64,000 nt of DNA from Thermoanaerobaculia bacterium (lineage in GTDB: Bacteria > Acidobacteriota > Thermoanaerobaculia > Multivoradales > Multivoraceae). The notes beneath the pieces were generated by a model, which had not been told where the DNA came from, made no database searches, and worked only from the letters and a program-made list of their open reading frames with translations. Numbering within the stretch: the first letter of the stretch is position 1; each line of letters starts with the position of its first letter. The position numbers were made by a program, and so were the translations under genes. Below, one piece after another: positions 46,561 to 57,128 of this stretch. The stretch is taken from the NCBI GenBank assembly GCA_963666565.1, contig OY762911.1:1888001-1952000 (forward strand). The letters run 5' to 3'.

Positions 46561-48231
46561 CTAGCGGGACAGGTGCTCGTAGGTGCCGAGGTTGAACCGC
46601 AGGATCGTCTCGAGACGTTCGGTCGACCACAGGTCGGAAGACTGCGTGACGAGGGCGAGCCGCTCGTGGAGCTCGTTCAGTTCCGGGGGCTCGATCGGGT
46701 GGCTGCGGCTCAACGCATCGAGTCTCTCCGTCGTCACGTCGGTGTTCGCCAGGAAGTCGGCGACCGCGGCTTCCACGCGGTCGAGGTAGCCCGCGGGCAG
46801 GTCGCGCCGGAAGTGGCCGATGAACCAGTTGTCGCGGTCCGCCGGAAGCCGGGCCAGCAGGGGGTCCGCGAGCGCGTTCCAGTCCACGATCGCCTTTTCG
46901 GTTCCCGCCATGTAGCCGCTCATTCCGATGGGCCCGAAGGGACGCGCCAAGTCCGGGCTGTCGCGGAAGTCGAGGCCGGATCGGGCGAACGGATGGTTCG
47001 GCCGAACGCCGTCCGCCGCGGGCCGCAAGTAACGGTTCAGGAGGTTGAGTTCCGCGTAGAAGTCGCGTTCGCGGTTCACGCGGAACAACGCCTGCGTATG
47101 TTCGACGCGGGGCCGCCAGCAGTTGACCGGCGTATGCGGGTACAGGACGGCGAAGGTCAGGGCGGCCGCACTGGCGAGAGCGGTGGCGTCGGCGACGGTC
47201 CGCGGCGAAGCGCCGGGTCGAAGTCGAGCGAGGCAGCGGGGAAGAACGACTGGAAGCCGCAGTACGCAAAGGCCCACGCCGGCCAGCGCCGAGTACGAGA
47301 GGAACCGGCCCAGCATGAAGTCGCCGCCGATCCAGACGACGTACCCGAGGTTGAGGACCATGCCCAGTCCGAGGAAGCGCCAGACGGAACCGCGCGGGCT
47401 CATTTGGCTGAGCGCCAACCCGGCCGCAATGACCGCCAGGGTCATCGGATCTCGCCGCAGCGCGGCTTCCAGGTAGCGGAAGCCCTGAGCGACGAGGACG
47501 GTGGCGTCGATCCCGGTGTTCAGCTTCGCGTAGGCCGTGTTGGGCAAGGGGAAGCCGTAGTAGAAGAGCGAGAACAGAGTCCAGACGCCCAAGGGCGTCA
47601 GGGCCGTCAGCCCGAGCGAGATCCGCTTGCGCACCGACAGGAGGTGGCGGCGGCCGGCAAGGACGAAAGCCGCGGGCGGCAGGATCAGGAGAACGAGGTC
47701 GTGCCGCGTAACGAGAATCAGCCCGAACGCGAGACAGAGTCCGAAGACGGCGCGGACCGCCGCGTCGGGACGCAGGTCTTCACGGGCGAGCCGGGCGAGC
47801 AGGAGCAGGAACCAGGAGATCAGCGCGTAGGCGAGAACGTTCTCCAGGCCGGAGGTCGTGTAGTCGAAGATCGCGGTGGACGCGACGCACAGCAGAACGC
47901 CCAGGACGAAGGCCTCGCGGCTCGGGGCGAGCCGCTGGAGATTGCGGACGGTGAGAAGCCAGAGCCCGAACGAAACGACGATGACGTTGAGGTAGACGTC
48001 GGCGGAGACGATCCGGGGGACGAGGAGCAAGCCGAACCACAACGGGCTTGTGAAGGCCTGGACCCGCTCGTGCGGATTCCAGACGGGACCGTTGCCCGCG
48101 AAGACCTGTTCGAGGCTCCTGAACACGATCCAGGCATCGTCCGCCACCCAGGCGTTCTTGAGAAACACGAAGACGGCCAATGCCCAGGCGGCGCCCGCGA
48201 GGACGACCGGGAGCCGCGGGCCGCATCTCAC
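46561..48231 (-). CDS. GT-C membrane glycosyltransferase (AftB/arabinofuranosyltransferase-like)
   Basis: WVADDAWIVFR...GNGPVWNPHERVQAFTSPLW, TSGLEN, YYGFPLPNTAYAK, GGDFMLGRF, IGHFRR. Confidence 0.8.
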   Translation of the reverse strand: MRCGPRLPVVLAGAAWALAVFVFLKNAWVADDAWIVFRSLEQVFAGNGPVWNPHERVQAFTSPLWFGLLLVPRIVSADVYLNVIVVSFGLWLLTVRNLQRLAPSREAFVLGVLLCVASTAIFDYTTSGLENVLAYALISWFLLLLARLAREDLRPDAAVRAVFGLCLAFGLILVTRHDLVLLILPPAAFVLAGRRHLLSVRKRISLGLTALTPLGVWTLFSLFYYGFPLPNTAYAKLNTGIDATVLVAQGFRYLEAALRRDPMTLAVIAAGLALSQMSPRGSVWRFLGLGMVLNLGYVVWIGGDFMLGRFLSYSALAGVGLCVLRLPVVLPRCLARLRPGASPRTVADATALASAAALTFAVLYPHTPVNCWRPRVEHTQALFRVNRERDFYAELNLLNRYLRPAADGVRPNHPFARSGLDFRDSPDLARPFGPIGMSGYMAGTEKAIVDWNALADPLLARLPADRDNWFIGHFRRDLPAGYLDRVEAAVADFLANTDVTTERLDALSRSHPIEPPELNELHERLALVTQSSDLWSTERLETILRFNLGTYEHLSR

Positions 48232-48340
48232 GTCGACTTGTCCGGGCCACCGCAAACTGGAGCGACTATAGTCGCGCCGGCGACAGGCGAACGACGGCCC
48301 GGGCGCGTCGCGCCTACCACACGGTCCTCTCGCACGGGCG

Positions 48341-49633
48341 ATGAAGATGCACTTGGCCTTCGTGATTCCGTCGCTCGGAGGGGGCGGCGGTGCCGAGCGC
48401 GCCCTGCTGGCGGTTGCCCGGGGCCTGGTCGCCCGGGGCCACGCTGTCGACGTCCTGCTGTTCGACCGCGCCGCCAGCAACCCCGAGGAGATTCCCGCCG
48501 CTGCCCGGCTGTTCCTGGCGGGTTCGGCGGCCGGGGGCGCCGGCGCGAGCGGCGAGGGTCGCCTTCGGCGAATCGACGGCGCCCGATCATCGACGCCGCT
48601 GTCGGCCCACAAGCGCGGAAGGCTGGCGCGGTTGCTGGCCCGGGGCGGCTCGCGCCTCGCGCTGAACAAGATCCTGGACCTGCTGCTCCGGGATCCGGCC
48701 GTCTACTCCCGCGTCGGCCCGATCGCCGACTACGCGAGGCGGGAACGCCCGGATTGCCTGTTGCCCGTGCTGCCGAGGGCACACCTCGCCACGCTGGCGG
48801 CGAGCGCCCGGAGAGCCTCCGGGAACACGCCGTTTCCGCCCGTCGTTCCGTGCCTGCAACTGCCGCTGACGGTCGAACGGCGGACCCGTCGCCGCCTTCA
48901 CCGCAGGCTGCTCCCGCTGGCGGCCCACACGGTGACCGTCTCGGACGGCTTGGCCGAGGAACTCGCTTCGCAGGCGGGCGTTCCGCGAGACCGCGTCACG
49001 ACGATCCACAATCCGCTCGTCCGCCCGCCGCTGGACGAGCACCGGCGGCCGCCCGTTCACCCGTGGCTGGGCGCCGCCGAACCAGCCGGGCCCCCGGTCG
49101 TGCTGGCGGCCGGCCGTTTGGAGCCCCAGAAGAACTTCCCGCTGCTGATCCGGGCGTTCCGCCGGGTGCGCTCGCGGCGTCCCGTCCGGCTCGTCGTTCT
49201 CGGCGCCGGGTCGGAGCGCGCCCGCCTGGAGCGGCTCGTCGAGCGCCTCAGCCTGCAAGACGCCGTCTCGCTGCCGGGATGGACGGCCGACCCGCAGGCC
49301 TGCATGGCCCGCGCCGCGCTGTTCGTCATGTCGTCGCGCTGGGAGGGCCTGCCGCTCGTGCTGATCGAGGCTCTGGCGGCCGGGTGCCCGGTCGTCAGCA
49401 CCGACTGTCCGCACGGTCCTGCCGAAATCCTCGACGGCGGCGCCTTCGGCCGGCTGGTCCCTCCGGGGGACGAGGCCGCGCTCGCCGAAGCGATGGAACG
49501 GACCCTCGACGATCCGCCCGCGCCGGACCTGCTGCGGAAGCGCGCGGCGTTCTTCTCGGCCGACCGAACCGTCGACGCCTGGGAACGCCTCCTCACCGCC
49601 GTCTGCCTTCCACCGCGCGCGCGGGTCCTCTGA
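48341..49633 (+). CDS. GT4 glycosyltransferase
   Basis: IPSLGGGGGAER, TIHNP, AAGRLEPQKNF, SSRWEGLPLVLIEALAAG, STDCPHGPAEIL. Confidence 0.93.
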   Translation: MKMHLAFVIPSLGGGGGAERALLAVARGLVARGHAVDVLLFDRAASNPEEIPAAARLFLAGSAAGGAGASGEGRLRRIDGARSSTPLSAHKRGRLARLLARGGSRLALNKILDLLLRDPAVYSRVGPIADYARRERPDCLLPVLPRAHLATLAASARRASGNTPFPPVVPCLQLPLTVERRTRRRLHRRLLPLAAHTVTVSDGLAEELASQAGVPRDRVTTIHNPLVRPPLDEHRRPPVHPWLGAAEPAGPPVVLAAGRLEPQKNFPLLIRAFRRVRSRRPVRLVVLGAGSERARLERLVERLSLQDAVSLPGWTADPQACMARAALFVMSSRWEGLPLVLIEALAAGCPVVSTDCPHGPAEILDGGAFGRLVPPGDEAALAEAMERTLDDPPAPDLLRKRAAFFSADRTVDAWERLLTAVCLPPRARVL

Positions 49634-49706
49634 CCCGCCCGGGTGCGCGGGTCTTCCGACCCGCTTGCCGCCAAAGGCGGCCAGAGAAACGCGCCGGCCG
49701 AAGGCG
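49615..49706. repeat. Two tandem REP-like copies; the first supplies the stop codon of the GT4
   Basis: GCGCGGGTCCTCTGACCCGC-CCGGGTGCGCGGGTCTTCCGACCCGCTTGCCGCCAAAGGCGGC. Confidence 0.8.
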
Positions 49707-49711
49707 ACAGG

Positions 49712-50917
49712 TCAGCGCGGTCGCACATCGCGGGGTGCGCCGGCGGCGCCGAACAGCTCCGGGTGGGCAGCTGCGAAGGCCTCGGCGGCGACCTCGTGGC
49801 CCACCGGCGTGAAGTGGCCGTCGAGCTCGAAGAACAGCCGCTCGCCCTCCTCGGCGGCCACACGGAACGGCGACTGCAGGTCGACGTAGCGGACGCCGTT
49901 CGCCGCGGCCCAGGCGGCCACGTTGTCGGCGAAGGTGGTCCCGGTGCGAAGGTCCGAAACGCGCAGAGCCGGGTCGCGGAACTCCCAACTGCTCGGCACG
50001 GCGGACAGCGTGAACTCGACGCCGGCCGCCCGGGCGTGCTCCGCCAGTGCGCGCAGATAGCGGCCGGTCAGCGGCGTCAGCGCCGGGTTCTGCTCCCGCC
50101 AGCGGCGGGCGGGACGGTCCGGCTCCAGCAGGTGGCCCCTTCTCCACGGCGCCGTCGCGACCGCCGCCCGGCCGCGCCAGCGGCGGTACAGCTTGTACAG
50201 GCGGCCTCGATCCTGGAACTCGGGCCGGGCGACGGAGCTCCGCCAGTACATCCGGTCGAGGTCGTCGGCTCCGCCGTTCTCGCGGTGCAGCGCGTTCTTC
50301 GTGTAGCGCCGGTCGTCGAATACGTCGTTGGGGCAGATGAGCAGCAGCAGGTGGGTCGGTTCTTCGTACGCGACCTGCCGCCGCCAGCGCACCAGGGAGA
50401 GCAACGGGCTGTAACTGGAGTTCCCGCGGTTGAGGACCTCCGTGCGCCCGGCGGAGCGGGCCTCGAGCCGCGCCACGAAGGTGTCCTCCCAGGGCACCTG
50501 GATCGCCTCGACGAACGAATCGCCCATGACGGCCATGCGGAAACGTTCGCCGGCCGGCCGGGGCCGACCGGTCCCCGGCGGAGGGGCTGGCCGGCCCGCT
50601 TCGCCGCTGGCCGCGGCCCCGTCTGGTTCGTCGCCAGCGGCGGGCCCGCTCGCTTCTCCGGCGGGCGGCGGGGCCTCGCGCCAGCCGGCGGCGTCGATGT
50701 ACACGGGGTGAGGCCCGAACTCGCCGTACTGCTCCGTCGTCCAGACGCCCGGCTGGCGCGTGTGGTGGAACGTCTCCGACTGGATGTCCGGCGGCCGGTC
50801 GAGTCCGGGCAGGAGTGGGTCGAGCAGCACGAGCAGGAGCAGGGCCACGCCCAGGCTGGCGGTGAGCAGGCCGAGGCGCGCCGCCCAGACGAGGGAGCGT
50901 CGCGGGGCGGACCCCAT
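49712..50917 (-). CDS. SGNH/GDSL hydrolase (AlgX/AlgJ-like) paralog 1
   Basis: N-terminal TM; AVMGDSFVE, VLNRGNSSYS, CPND, DGHFTPVGH. Confidence 0.88.
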   Translation of the reverse strand: MGSAPRRSLVWAARLGLLTASLGVALLLLVLLDPLLPGLDRPPDIQSETFHHTRQPGVWTTEQYGEFGPHPVYIDAAGWREAPPPAGEASGPAAGDEPDGAAASGEAGRPAPPPGTGRPRPAGERFRMAVMGDSFVEAIQVPWEDTFVARLEARSAGRTEVLNRGNSSYSPLLSLVRWRRQVAYEEPTHLLLLICPNDVFDDRRYTKNALHRENGGADDLDRMYWRSSVARPEFQDRGRLYKLYRRWRGRAAVATAPWRRGHLLEPDRPARRWREQNPALTPLTGRYLRALAEHARAAGVEFTLSAVPSSWEFRDPALRVSDLRTGTTFADNVAAWAAANGVRYVDLQSPFRVAAEEGERLFFELDGHFTPVGHEVAAEAFAAAHPELFGAAGAPRDVRPR

Positions 50918-52107
50918 CAGCGCGGTCCTTCGCCGCCGGGCTCGCCGCCGGCGCCGAACAGTTCCGGGTGGGCGGCGGCGAAGGCGTTGGCGGCGACGGC
51001 GTGGCCAGCCGGCGAGAAGTGAGGGTCCTGCCTGAAGTAGAGCGGCTGCCCCCGCCCGGCGGCCTCGCGGAAGGCCGCCTGCAGGTCGACGTAGCGGACC
51101 CCGTTCGCCGCGGCCCACGCGGCCACGTGGTCGGCGAACGTGATCGCAGCGCGAAGTTCCGCCTCCGGCACCTGGCCGGTGAACTCCCACTTGTTCGGCA
51201 CCGCCGACAGCGTGAACTCGACGCCGGTCTCCCGCGCGCGTTCCATCAATTCGCGCACGTAGCGTACGGTCAGGGGGGTCAGCTCCCGGTTGCGGCCGCG
51301 CCAGTGATGGACGGGCCGCCGCCAGCGCTGCGCCAGTGCATCCAGGTCCGGCGGGGCGTCCCTCAGCGACGCCGCGACGATCGACGCCCGGCCGTGCCAG
51401 CGGCGGTACAACGTGCGAAGACGGCTTTCCCGGTGCCGCGGCGGCCGGGCGGCCAGCGCGAGCAGCCCTCGGGACGACTGGGTTGGAGACCGCAGATTCC
51501 AGTAAAGCCGGGCAACGTCGTCTTCTCCATCTTCGCCGCCCTCGCGGCGCAGGGCGCTGTCCGTGTACTTCCGATCGTCGAGCACGTCGTTGGCGCAGAG
51601 CAGGAGCAGCAGGTGGGTGGGCCGCTCGTTCGCGACCTGCCGACGCCACCGCAACAGGGAGATCAACGGGCCGTAGCCGGAACTCCCCCGGTTGAGGACC
51701 TCCGCTCGCCCGGCGGAGCGCGCCTGCAGCCGCGCCACGAACGTGTCCTCCCAGGCCACCTCGACCGCCTCGACGAACGAATCGCCCATGACCGCCATGC
51801 GGTAGCGCACATCGGCGGGCCGGGACGCCTCGCCGGCGGCGGACGGCGGGGAATCGCGCCAGCCGTCCGCGTCGATGTACACGCGGTTGGGTCCCCACTC
51901 CCACTGCTGCGCCATCCAGACGCCGGGGACGCGGACGTGGTGGAACTCCTCCGAGGGCACGGCGGGCACCCAGTCGATGCCGGGCAGGAACGGGTCGATC
52001 AGGACCAGCAGGACGAGGGCTGCGCACAGGCCGGCGCAGAGCAGGCCGCCGCGCGCCGCCCATAAGAGAAAGCGTCGCCGCGACGGCGCGGCGGTCACGG
52101 TGTTCAC
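50917..52107 (-). CDS. SGNH/GDSL hydrolase paralog 2
   Basis: AVMGDSFVE, VLNRGSSGYG, CAND, DPHFSPAGH. Confidence 0.88.
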   Translation of the reverse strand: MNTVTAAPSRRRFLLWAARGGLLCAGLCAALVLLVLIDPFLPGIDWVPAVPSEEFHHVRVPGVWMAQQWEWGPNRVYIDADGWRDSPPSAAGEASRPADVRYRMAVMGDSFVEAVEVAWEDTFVARLQARSAGRAEVLNRGSSGYGPLISLLRWRRQVANERPTHLLLLLCANDVLDDRKYTDSALRREGGEDGEDDVARLYWNLRSPTQSSRGLLALAARPPRHRESRLRTLYRRWHGRASIVAASLRDAPPDLDALAQRWRRPVHHWRGRNRELTPLTVRYVRELMERARETGVEFTLSAVPNKWEFTGQVPEAELRAAITFADHVAAWAAANGVRYVDLQAAFREAAGRGQPLYFRQDPHFSPAGHAVAANAFAAAHPELFGAGGEPGGEGPR

Positions 52108-53231
52108 GCGCCCGCGACGCTACCAGAGCCGACCGGCCCGTCGTGGCCGTCGGCGGCAGGCGCCACGGTCCCGTGCAGGATGAAACGGCCGTAGTCGATC
52201 CGCCCTTGCGCGACCTCGCGCCAGTGCCGCATCAGGAAGCGCCAGGCGGTCCACGCCGTCCGCAGGGTCCGCCGCCTCGGGCCGGCGCTCTCGTGGAGGA
52301 GCACGACGGCGAGGCCAGCCTGGCCGAGCAGGTAGCACAGGAAGTTGAACCGCGATCCGCGGTAGACCTCGGCGTGCCAGAAGACGAAGCGATGCACGAC
52401 GATCATGCGGACCGCCGCGTCGTCCGACAGGCTCGTTTCGGGACTCTCGCGGTGGACCTGCCGGAAGTCGGGAACGAACAGCAGCGAACCGGGTCCGTAC
52501 CGCTTGCGGACCGCGTACGACAGCATGACGTCCTCGCAGTACGACCAGCGAATGAAGTCGGGGTGGAAGCGAAAGCCCTCGTCGAACACCCGCCGGCGAA
52601 AGACGCAGTGGCCGCCGTGAAGCCACTCCACGGCGTGGAGGCGCGGGCGCCGCCACGCGAGACGCAGGCCCCAGGCGCCGGACCGCAGCACCCGGTTGCG
52701 CCAGAGCGGCGAGACGAGCAAGGCCCGGTACAGGGCGGCGCGCCAGATCCGGCGAACGGCGAAGGCGGCCCGGGCCAGGAACCTGCGCGGCAGACCGGGT
52801 GCGCCGGCGTCCTCGCCGGCAGCAGGCGCGAAGCGCCGGCTTCCGGGGCCTTCCGCCGCGCTGGCGCGGAGGCGGGACTGCACCGTCATCGGACCGGTCA
52901 GGCCAACCGCCCTCGGATGGCGTTCGAAGCAGGCGCGGGCGGCGGCGATGCAGCCCCGGTCGAGCTCCGAATCGTCGTCGACGAAGAACAACAGGTCGCC
53001 GCGGGCGTGGGCGATTCCGGCGTTGCGGGCCGCCGCCGCCGACGGCTTCGGATGGGAGAGGACCGTGACCGGGAGGTCGCCGAACTGTTCGACGATTCGT
53101 CGAGTACGCGTCAGGTCGCCCTGTTCGATGACGATGACCTCGTCGAAGCCGGGTGCGGCCGCGCGGAGGCAACGGGCGACGTCGCGCGGACGGTTGAAGG
53201 TCGGAACGATGAGGGATGTGGTCGTGGGCAA
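52104..53231 (-). CDS. GT2 glycosyltransferase (start probably TTG 53231; the ORF extension upstream is REP-derived)
   Basis: SLIVPTFNR, AAARNAG, FFVDDD, CEDVMLSY. Confidence 0.85.
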   Translation of the reverse strand: MPTTTSLIVPTFNRPRDVARCLRAAAPGFDEVIVIEQGDLTRTRRIVEQFGDLPVTVLSHPKPSAAAARNAGIAHARGDLLFFVDDDSELDRGCIAAARACFERHPRAVGLTGPMTVQSRLRASAAEGPGSRRFAPAAGEDAGAPGLPRRFLARAAFAVRRIWRAALYRALLVSPLWRNRVLRSGAWGLRLAWRRPRLHAVEWLHGGHCVFRRRVFDEGFRFHPDFIRWSYCEDVMLSYAVRKRYGPGSLLFVPDFRQVHRESPETSLSDDAAVRMIVVHRFVFWHAEVYRGSRFNFLCYLLGQAGLAVVLLHESAGPRRRTLRTAWTAWRFLMRHWREVAQGRIDYGRFILHGTVAPAADGHDGPVGSGSVAGA

Positions 53232-53253
53232 GGCTGTTCCGTGGCGATGGGAC

Positions 53254-53338
53254 CGGCTTTCGGCCGGCGCGTGCTCTCTGGCCGCCTTCGGCGGCAGCGG
53301 GTCGGAACCCGGGCACCCGGCAGGTCCGCGCACCCGGC
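53254..53338. repeat. REP-like element copy (reverse, degenerate)
   Basis: CGGCCGGCGCGTGCTCTCTGGCCGCCTTCGGCGGCAGCGGGTCGGAACCC...CCGCGCACCCGG. Confidence 0.75.
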
Positions 53339-53362
53339 GGGCGGCGGTTATCGTACGGCAGG

Positions 53363-54730
53363 ATGCGGATCGCCATCGTGCTCCCGAATCTCTTCGGCGG
53401 CGGGGCCGAGCGGGTGGCGCTCGCGCTCGGCGCCGGCCTCATCGACCGGGGGCACGAAGTCGACCTGGTTCTGCTCGAACCCACCACCAACTGCGAGGAG
53501 GAGATTCCCGCGGCGGCGCGGCTGTTCCGGATCCGCGCCCGCCCGGGGAGGCCCAGCGGGCCCCTGTGCGAACGCCTCGAACGCTGCACGCCGGCCGTCC
53601 TGCCCTCGGCACCGCCGCGAGGGCGCGTCGAGCGCCTGCTGGCCCCGGGCGGCGCGCGATTGGCGCGGCACAAGGTCCTGACGTTGCTGGGGCGAGAGCC
53701 GTCCATCTTCCGGCGGGTCGATGCGGTGACGGAGTACGTGCGGCGTGAACGCCCCGACTGCCTGGTGCCGATGCTTGCCCGCGCCAAGATCGCGACGCTC
53801 GCGGCGAGTGCCGGACACGGGCGGTTCCAGCAGGCGACGAGTACCGAGGCGGCGCGGTCGACGCGGGCGGCGAGCACCGGGGCCGCGCACTTTCCGCCGG
53901 TCGTTCCCTGCGTCCACCTGCCGGTGTCGTCCCACGAGACGACCCGCCGCCGGCTGTACCGGAAGTTCCTGCCGTCGGCCGCACGCGTCGTTGCCGTCAG
54001 CCAGGGCCTCGCCGACGAGGTGGCGGCGTCCACCGGGATGCCCCGCGAGCGCGTCAGCGCGATTTACAACCCGGTCTTCGGGCCGCACCTGGACGACCGG
54101 ATGAACGCAACGCCCGACCATCCGTGGCTGGCGCCCGGCGCTTCGGACGGACCGCCGGTCGTGCTGGCGGCGGGCCGCCTGGCGCCGCAGAAGGACCTCC
54201 CGCTCCTTCTGCGAGCCTTCGCCCGCGTGCGGGTCCGGCGGCGGTTGCGGCTCGTCATCCTCGGCGCCGGACCGGAACGGGCGCGCCTGGAGGACATGGT
54301 CCGCGAACTCGAAATGGAGGAGGCCGTTTCGCTGCCCGGATGGGCGCCGAATCCGCTCGCCTTCATGGCCCGCGCCTCGTTGTTCGTCCTGTCGTCGGCC
54401 TGGGAGGGACTCGGCAACGTCCTGATCGAGGCGCTGGCCTGCGGTTGCCCGTGCGTCAGCACCGACTGTCCCCACGGCCCGGCCGAGATCCTCGGCAACG
54501 GCGACTACGGCCGCTTGGTCCCCGTCGGCGACGCGGCGGCTCTCGCCGAGGCGATGGAGCGGACGCTGGACGCGCCGCCCGGGAAGGAGGCGCTGCGCCG
54601 CCGCGCCGCGTTCTTCTCCCGCGACCGAGCGGTCGACGCCTGGGAGCGCCTCATCGCGGAGGTCTGCGAGGACCGGCACCGGACGCTCGCGGATGCAGGT
54701 AGCCGTAACGGGCGAGCTTCTCCCGGCTGA
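53363..54730 (+). CDS. GT4 glycosyltransferase (paralog of 48341-49633)
   Basis: MRIAIVLPNLFGGGAER, AIYNP, AAGRLAPQKD, SSAWEGLGNVLIEALACG. Confidence 0.93.
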   Translation: MRIAIVLPNLFGGGAERVALALGAGLIDRGHEVDLVLLEPTTNCEEEIPAAARLFRIRARPGRPSGPLCERLERCTPAVLPSAPPRGRVERLLAPGGARLARHKVLTLLGREPSIFRRVDAVTEYVRRERPDCLVPMLARAKIATLAASAGHGRFQQATSTEAARSTRAASTGAAHFPPVVPCVHLPVSSHETTRRRLYRKFLPSAARVVAVSQGLADEVAASTGMPRERVSAIYNPVFGPHLDDRMNATPDHPWLAPGASDGPPVVLAAGRLAPQKDLPLLLRAFARVRVRRRLRLVILGAGPERARLEDMVRELEMEEAVSLPGWAPNPLAFMARASLFVLSSAWEGLGNVLIEALACGCPCVSTDCPHGPAEILGNGDYGRLVPVGDAAALAEAMERTLDAPPGKEALRRRAAFFSRDRAVDAWERLIAEVCEDRHRTLADAGSRNGRASPG

Positions 54731-55670
54731 GGCCGAACTCCCGGGTCAGGTAGTCGTCCCGTGCGCCGAGCAGGCGCTGAAGGCGCTCGCGCATCGCGGC
54801 GTCGGGGAACCGGTGCTCCGTCGCCCAGGAGGCGCGCGCCGCGGCCCGGTAGAGCCGGCGCAGCGGCGGCATCCGGGCCAGCACCTCGCTCCCGGCTCGC
54901 AGCACTCGCGGCGGGAGACCGAGCAGCAGGCGCTTGCGCACCGTCACCGGCTTCGACAGCTTGCCCGCCGGCGTGTGGACGCCCACGTTGTGGCGCTCCG
55001 CCCGGAACGCCCGCTCCAGTTCGGCCGGCTCGGCCTCCAGGCAACGCCCGAGCCGGCCGAGCCAGGCCGCCCGGTCGTGGTTCAGGTCCTCGTAGAGCAG
55101 GACCTCGACCCTGGCGAACGCGCGCCGCACCGCGCGCAGCCACGCGCCGAAGTCGGGGACCAGCCACGGGGCCTCGCCGGCGCCGTCGCGCAGCAGCGCG
55201 CGGAGGAACCGGTCCAGGGTGCGGTAGCGCCGGACGGAGTGGAGCCGCCAGTGGTACTGCTCAACGTACAGCGCCAGCAGGAAGTCCACCGGCGCCCGCA
55301 GCGACACGAGCACGGTCACGTCGTCGCCGCGAAACAGCCCGGCGAGATTGCGCAGCATCGTCTCCGCGTCCGCGCCCGGGCGAACGCCGAGCGCTCCGCC
55401 GAAGCGCTCCTCGCTGAGCACGTTCAGCCGGTCCCCGTCGAGCAACGCATCGACCTCGGGCCGTAGCGCCTCGATCTCGCCGGCCCCGAGCCGCCCCGCG
55501 GCGACCGCGTCGAAGGCGTCCGCGAAGGGAAAGTGCAGCACCTCGCGGTCGTCCGCGCTGCGGCCGAGGAAGTTGACGCGCCCCTCGGCGTGCCAGGGCA
55601 TCAGTACGCCGTTCTGCAGGCTGCTCGTGGCGGTCTTCGGCAGCCCGATGTGCAACAGCAGGCGGTACAC
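54651..55670 (-). CDS. Sulfotransferase-like P-loop protein (paralog of 43349-44455)
   Basis: LLHIGLPKTATSSLQ, VLSEE, SLRAP, LLYEDL. Confidence 0.8.
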   Translation of the reverse strand: MYRLLLHIGLPKTATSSLQNGVLMPWHAEGRVNFLGRSADDREVLHFPFADAFDAVAAGRLGAGEIEALRPEVDALLDGDRLNVLSEERFGGALGVRPGADAETMLRNLAGLFRGDDVTVLVSLRAPVDFLLALYVEQYHWRLHSVRRYRTLDRFLRALLRDGAGEAPWLVPDFGAWLRAVRRAFARVEVLLYEDLNHDRAAWLGRLGRCLEAEPAELERAFRAERHNVGVHTPAGKLSKPVTVRKRLLLGLPPRVLRAGSEVLARMPPLRRLYRAAARASWATEHRFPDAAMRERLQRLLGARDDYLTREFGLSREKLARYGYLHPRASGAGPRRPPR

Positions 55671-55889
55671 GGCCTCACGATGTCACGGGCAGGATTCTCG
55701 CGTCCTCCCGGCGTGGTCCACCAGGGTGCTGGCGCCGCAATGGGCCGGTCGGCTCTGGTACGGTACCGGGCGCGTGAACCTCCGGTGCCGCTGCTATCGC
55801 GGCCGGCCTTCGGCCGGCGACCCTGTCGTGCGGGTTGCACCGCCCCGCGGCCCCCTCCGTGGGCGGATCGGAAGACCCGCGCATCCGGC

Positions 55890-57128
55890 GTGACCGCCCC
55901 GCCGGCGCGACGACGCTTCCACCTCTGGGCGGCACGCCTCGGCCTGCTCTCCGCCGGTCTGTGCGCGGCTCTCCTCCTGCTCGTACTCATCGACCCGTTC
56001 CTGCCCGGGGTCGACTGGGTGCCCGCCGCACCTTCGGAGGACTTCCACCACACGCGCCTCCCCGGCGTCTGGATGGCGCAACAGTGGGAGTGGGGTCCCA
56101 ACCGCATTCACATCGACGCCGCCGGCTGGCGCGAAGCCCCGGAGTCCGCCGGCGGCGAAAGCGTCCGCCCCGCCGGCGAACGCTTCCGCATGGCGGTCAT
56201 GGGCGATTCCTACGTCGAAGCAGTGGAAGTCGCCTGGGAGGACACCTTCGTCGCCCGGCTGCAGGCGCGCTCCGGCGGGCGCGCGGAGGTCCTCAACCGC
56301 GGGACTTCGGCCTACAGTCCGCTGATCTCCCTGTTGCGGTGGCGGCGGCAAGTCGTGCACGAGCGACCTACCCATCTGCTACTGCTGCTCTGCTCCAACG
56401 ACGTCGTCGAAGATCGGAAGTACACCGACAACGCCCTGCGCCGCGGCGGCGGCGAAGACGTCGCCCGGTTGTACTGGAGGCTGCCGCCCGGGCCGGAAAG
56501 GCGCGAGGAGGAGAATCGTCTTCGCACCATGTACCGCCGCTGGCACGGCCGGGCGGCCATCGTCGTGGCGTCGCTGAGGGAGGTCCCACCGAGGGATCCG
56601 GATGCGCCTGCCGACCGCTGGCGGTGGCCCGTCCGCAACTGGCGGCGCCAGAACCGGGATCTGCCCCCCCTGACCGCTCGCTACGTTCGCGAACTGATGA
56701 CACGCGCGCGGGAGGCCGGCGTCGAGTTCACGCTGTCGGCGGTGCCGAACAAGTGGGAGTTGGGCGGCCACGTGTCGGAGCCGGAACTGCGCGCCGCGAC
56801 CACGTTCGCCGACCATGTGGCCGCGTGGGCCGCGGCGAACGGCGTCCGGTACGTCGATCTGCAGGCGGCATTCCGCGAAGCCGCCGCCCAGGGGCAGCCA
56901 CTGTTCTTCAAAGTAGACCCTCACTTCGCGCCGGCTGGCCACGCCGTCGCGGCCGAGGCCATCGCCGCCGTCCATCCAGAACTGTTCGGCGCCGCCGGCG
57001 CGCCCCGCGACAGGTTTGGCGGCGCTAGCCGAGGCGAAGCGTCGATGGGTCCAGCGGAAGCGTCGCGAACAGGTGCTGGATCGGGTCGTAACCCTCCAGC
57101 GGGTTCGTGCGCCGGTGGCGGAGCTTGA
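55890..57128 (+). CDS. SGNH/GDSL hydrolase paralog 3
   Basis: AVMGDSYVE, VLNRGTSAYS, CSND, DPHFAPAGH; closely similar to 50917-52107. Confidence 0.88.
   Translation: MTAPPARRRFHLWAARLGLLSAGLCAALLLLVLIDPFLPGVDWVPAAPSEDFHHTRLPGVWMAQQWEWGPNRIHIDAAGWREAPESAGGESVRPAGERFRMAVMGDSYVEAVEVAWEDTFVARLQARSGGRAEVLNRGTSAYSPLISLLRWRRQVVHERPTHLLLLLCSNDVVEDRKYTDNALRRGGGEDVARLYWRLPPGPERREEENRLRTMYRRWHGRAAIVVASLREVPPRDPDAPADRWRWPVRNWRRQNRDLPPLTARYVRELMTRAREAGVEFTLSAVPNKWELGGHVSEPELRAATTFADHVAAWAAANGVRYVDLQAAFREAAAQGQPLFFKVDPHFAPAGHAVAAEAIAAVHPELFGAAGAPRDRFGGASRGEASMGPAEASRTGAGSGRNPPAGSCAGGGA

Noticed and set aside
53833-53890. Short 30-bp duplication in GT4 (ATSTEAARS/AASTGAAH)
   Set aside because: A two-copy degenerate loop duplication with no evident significance.
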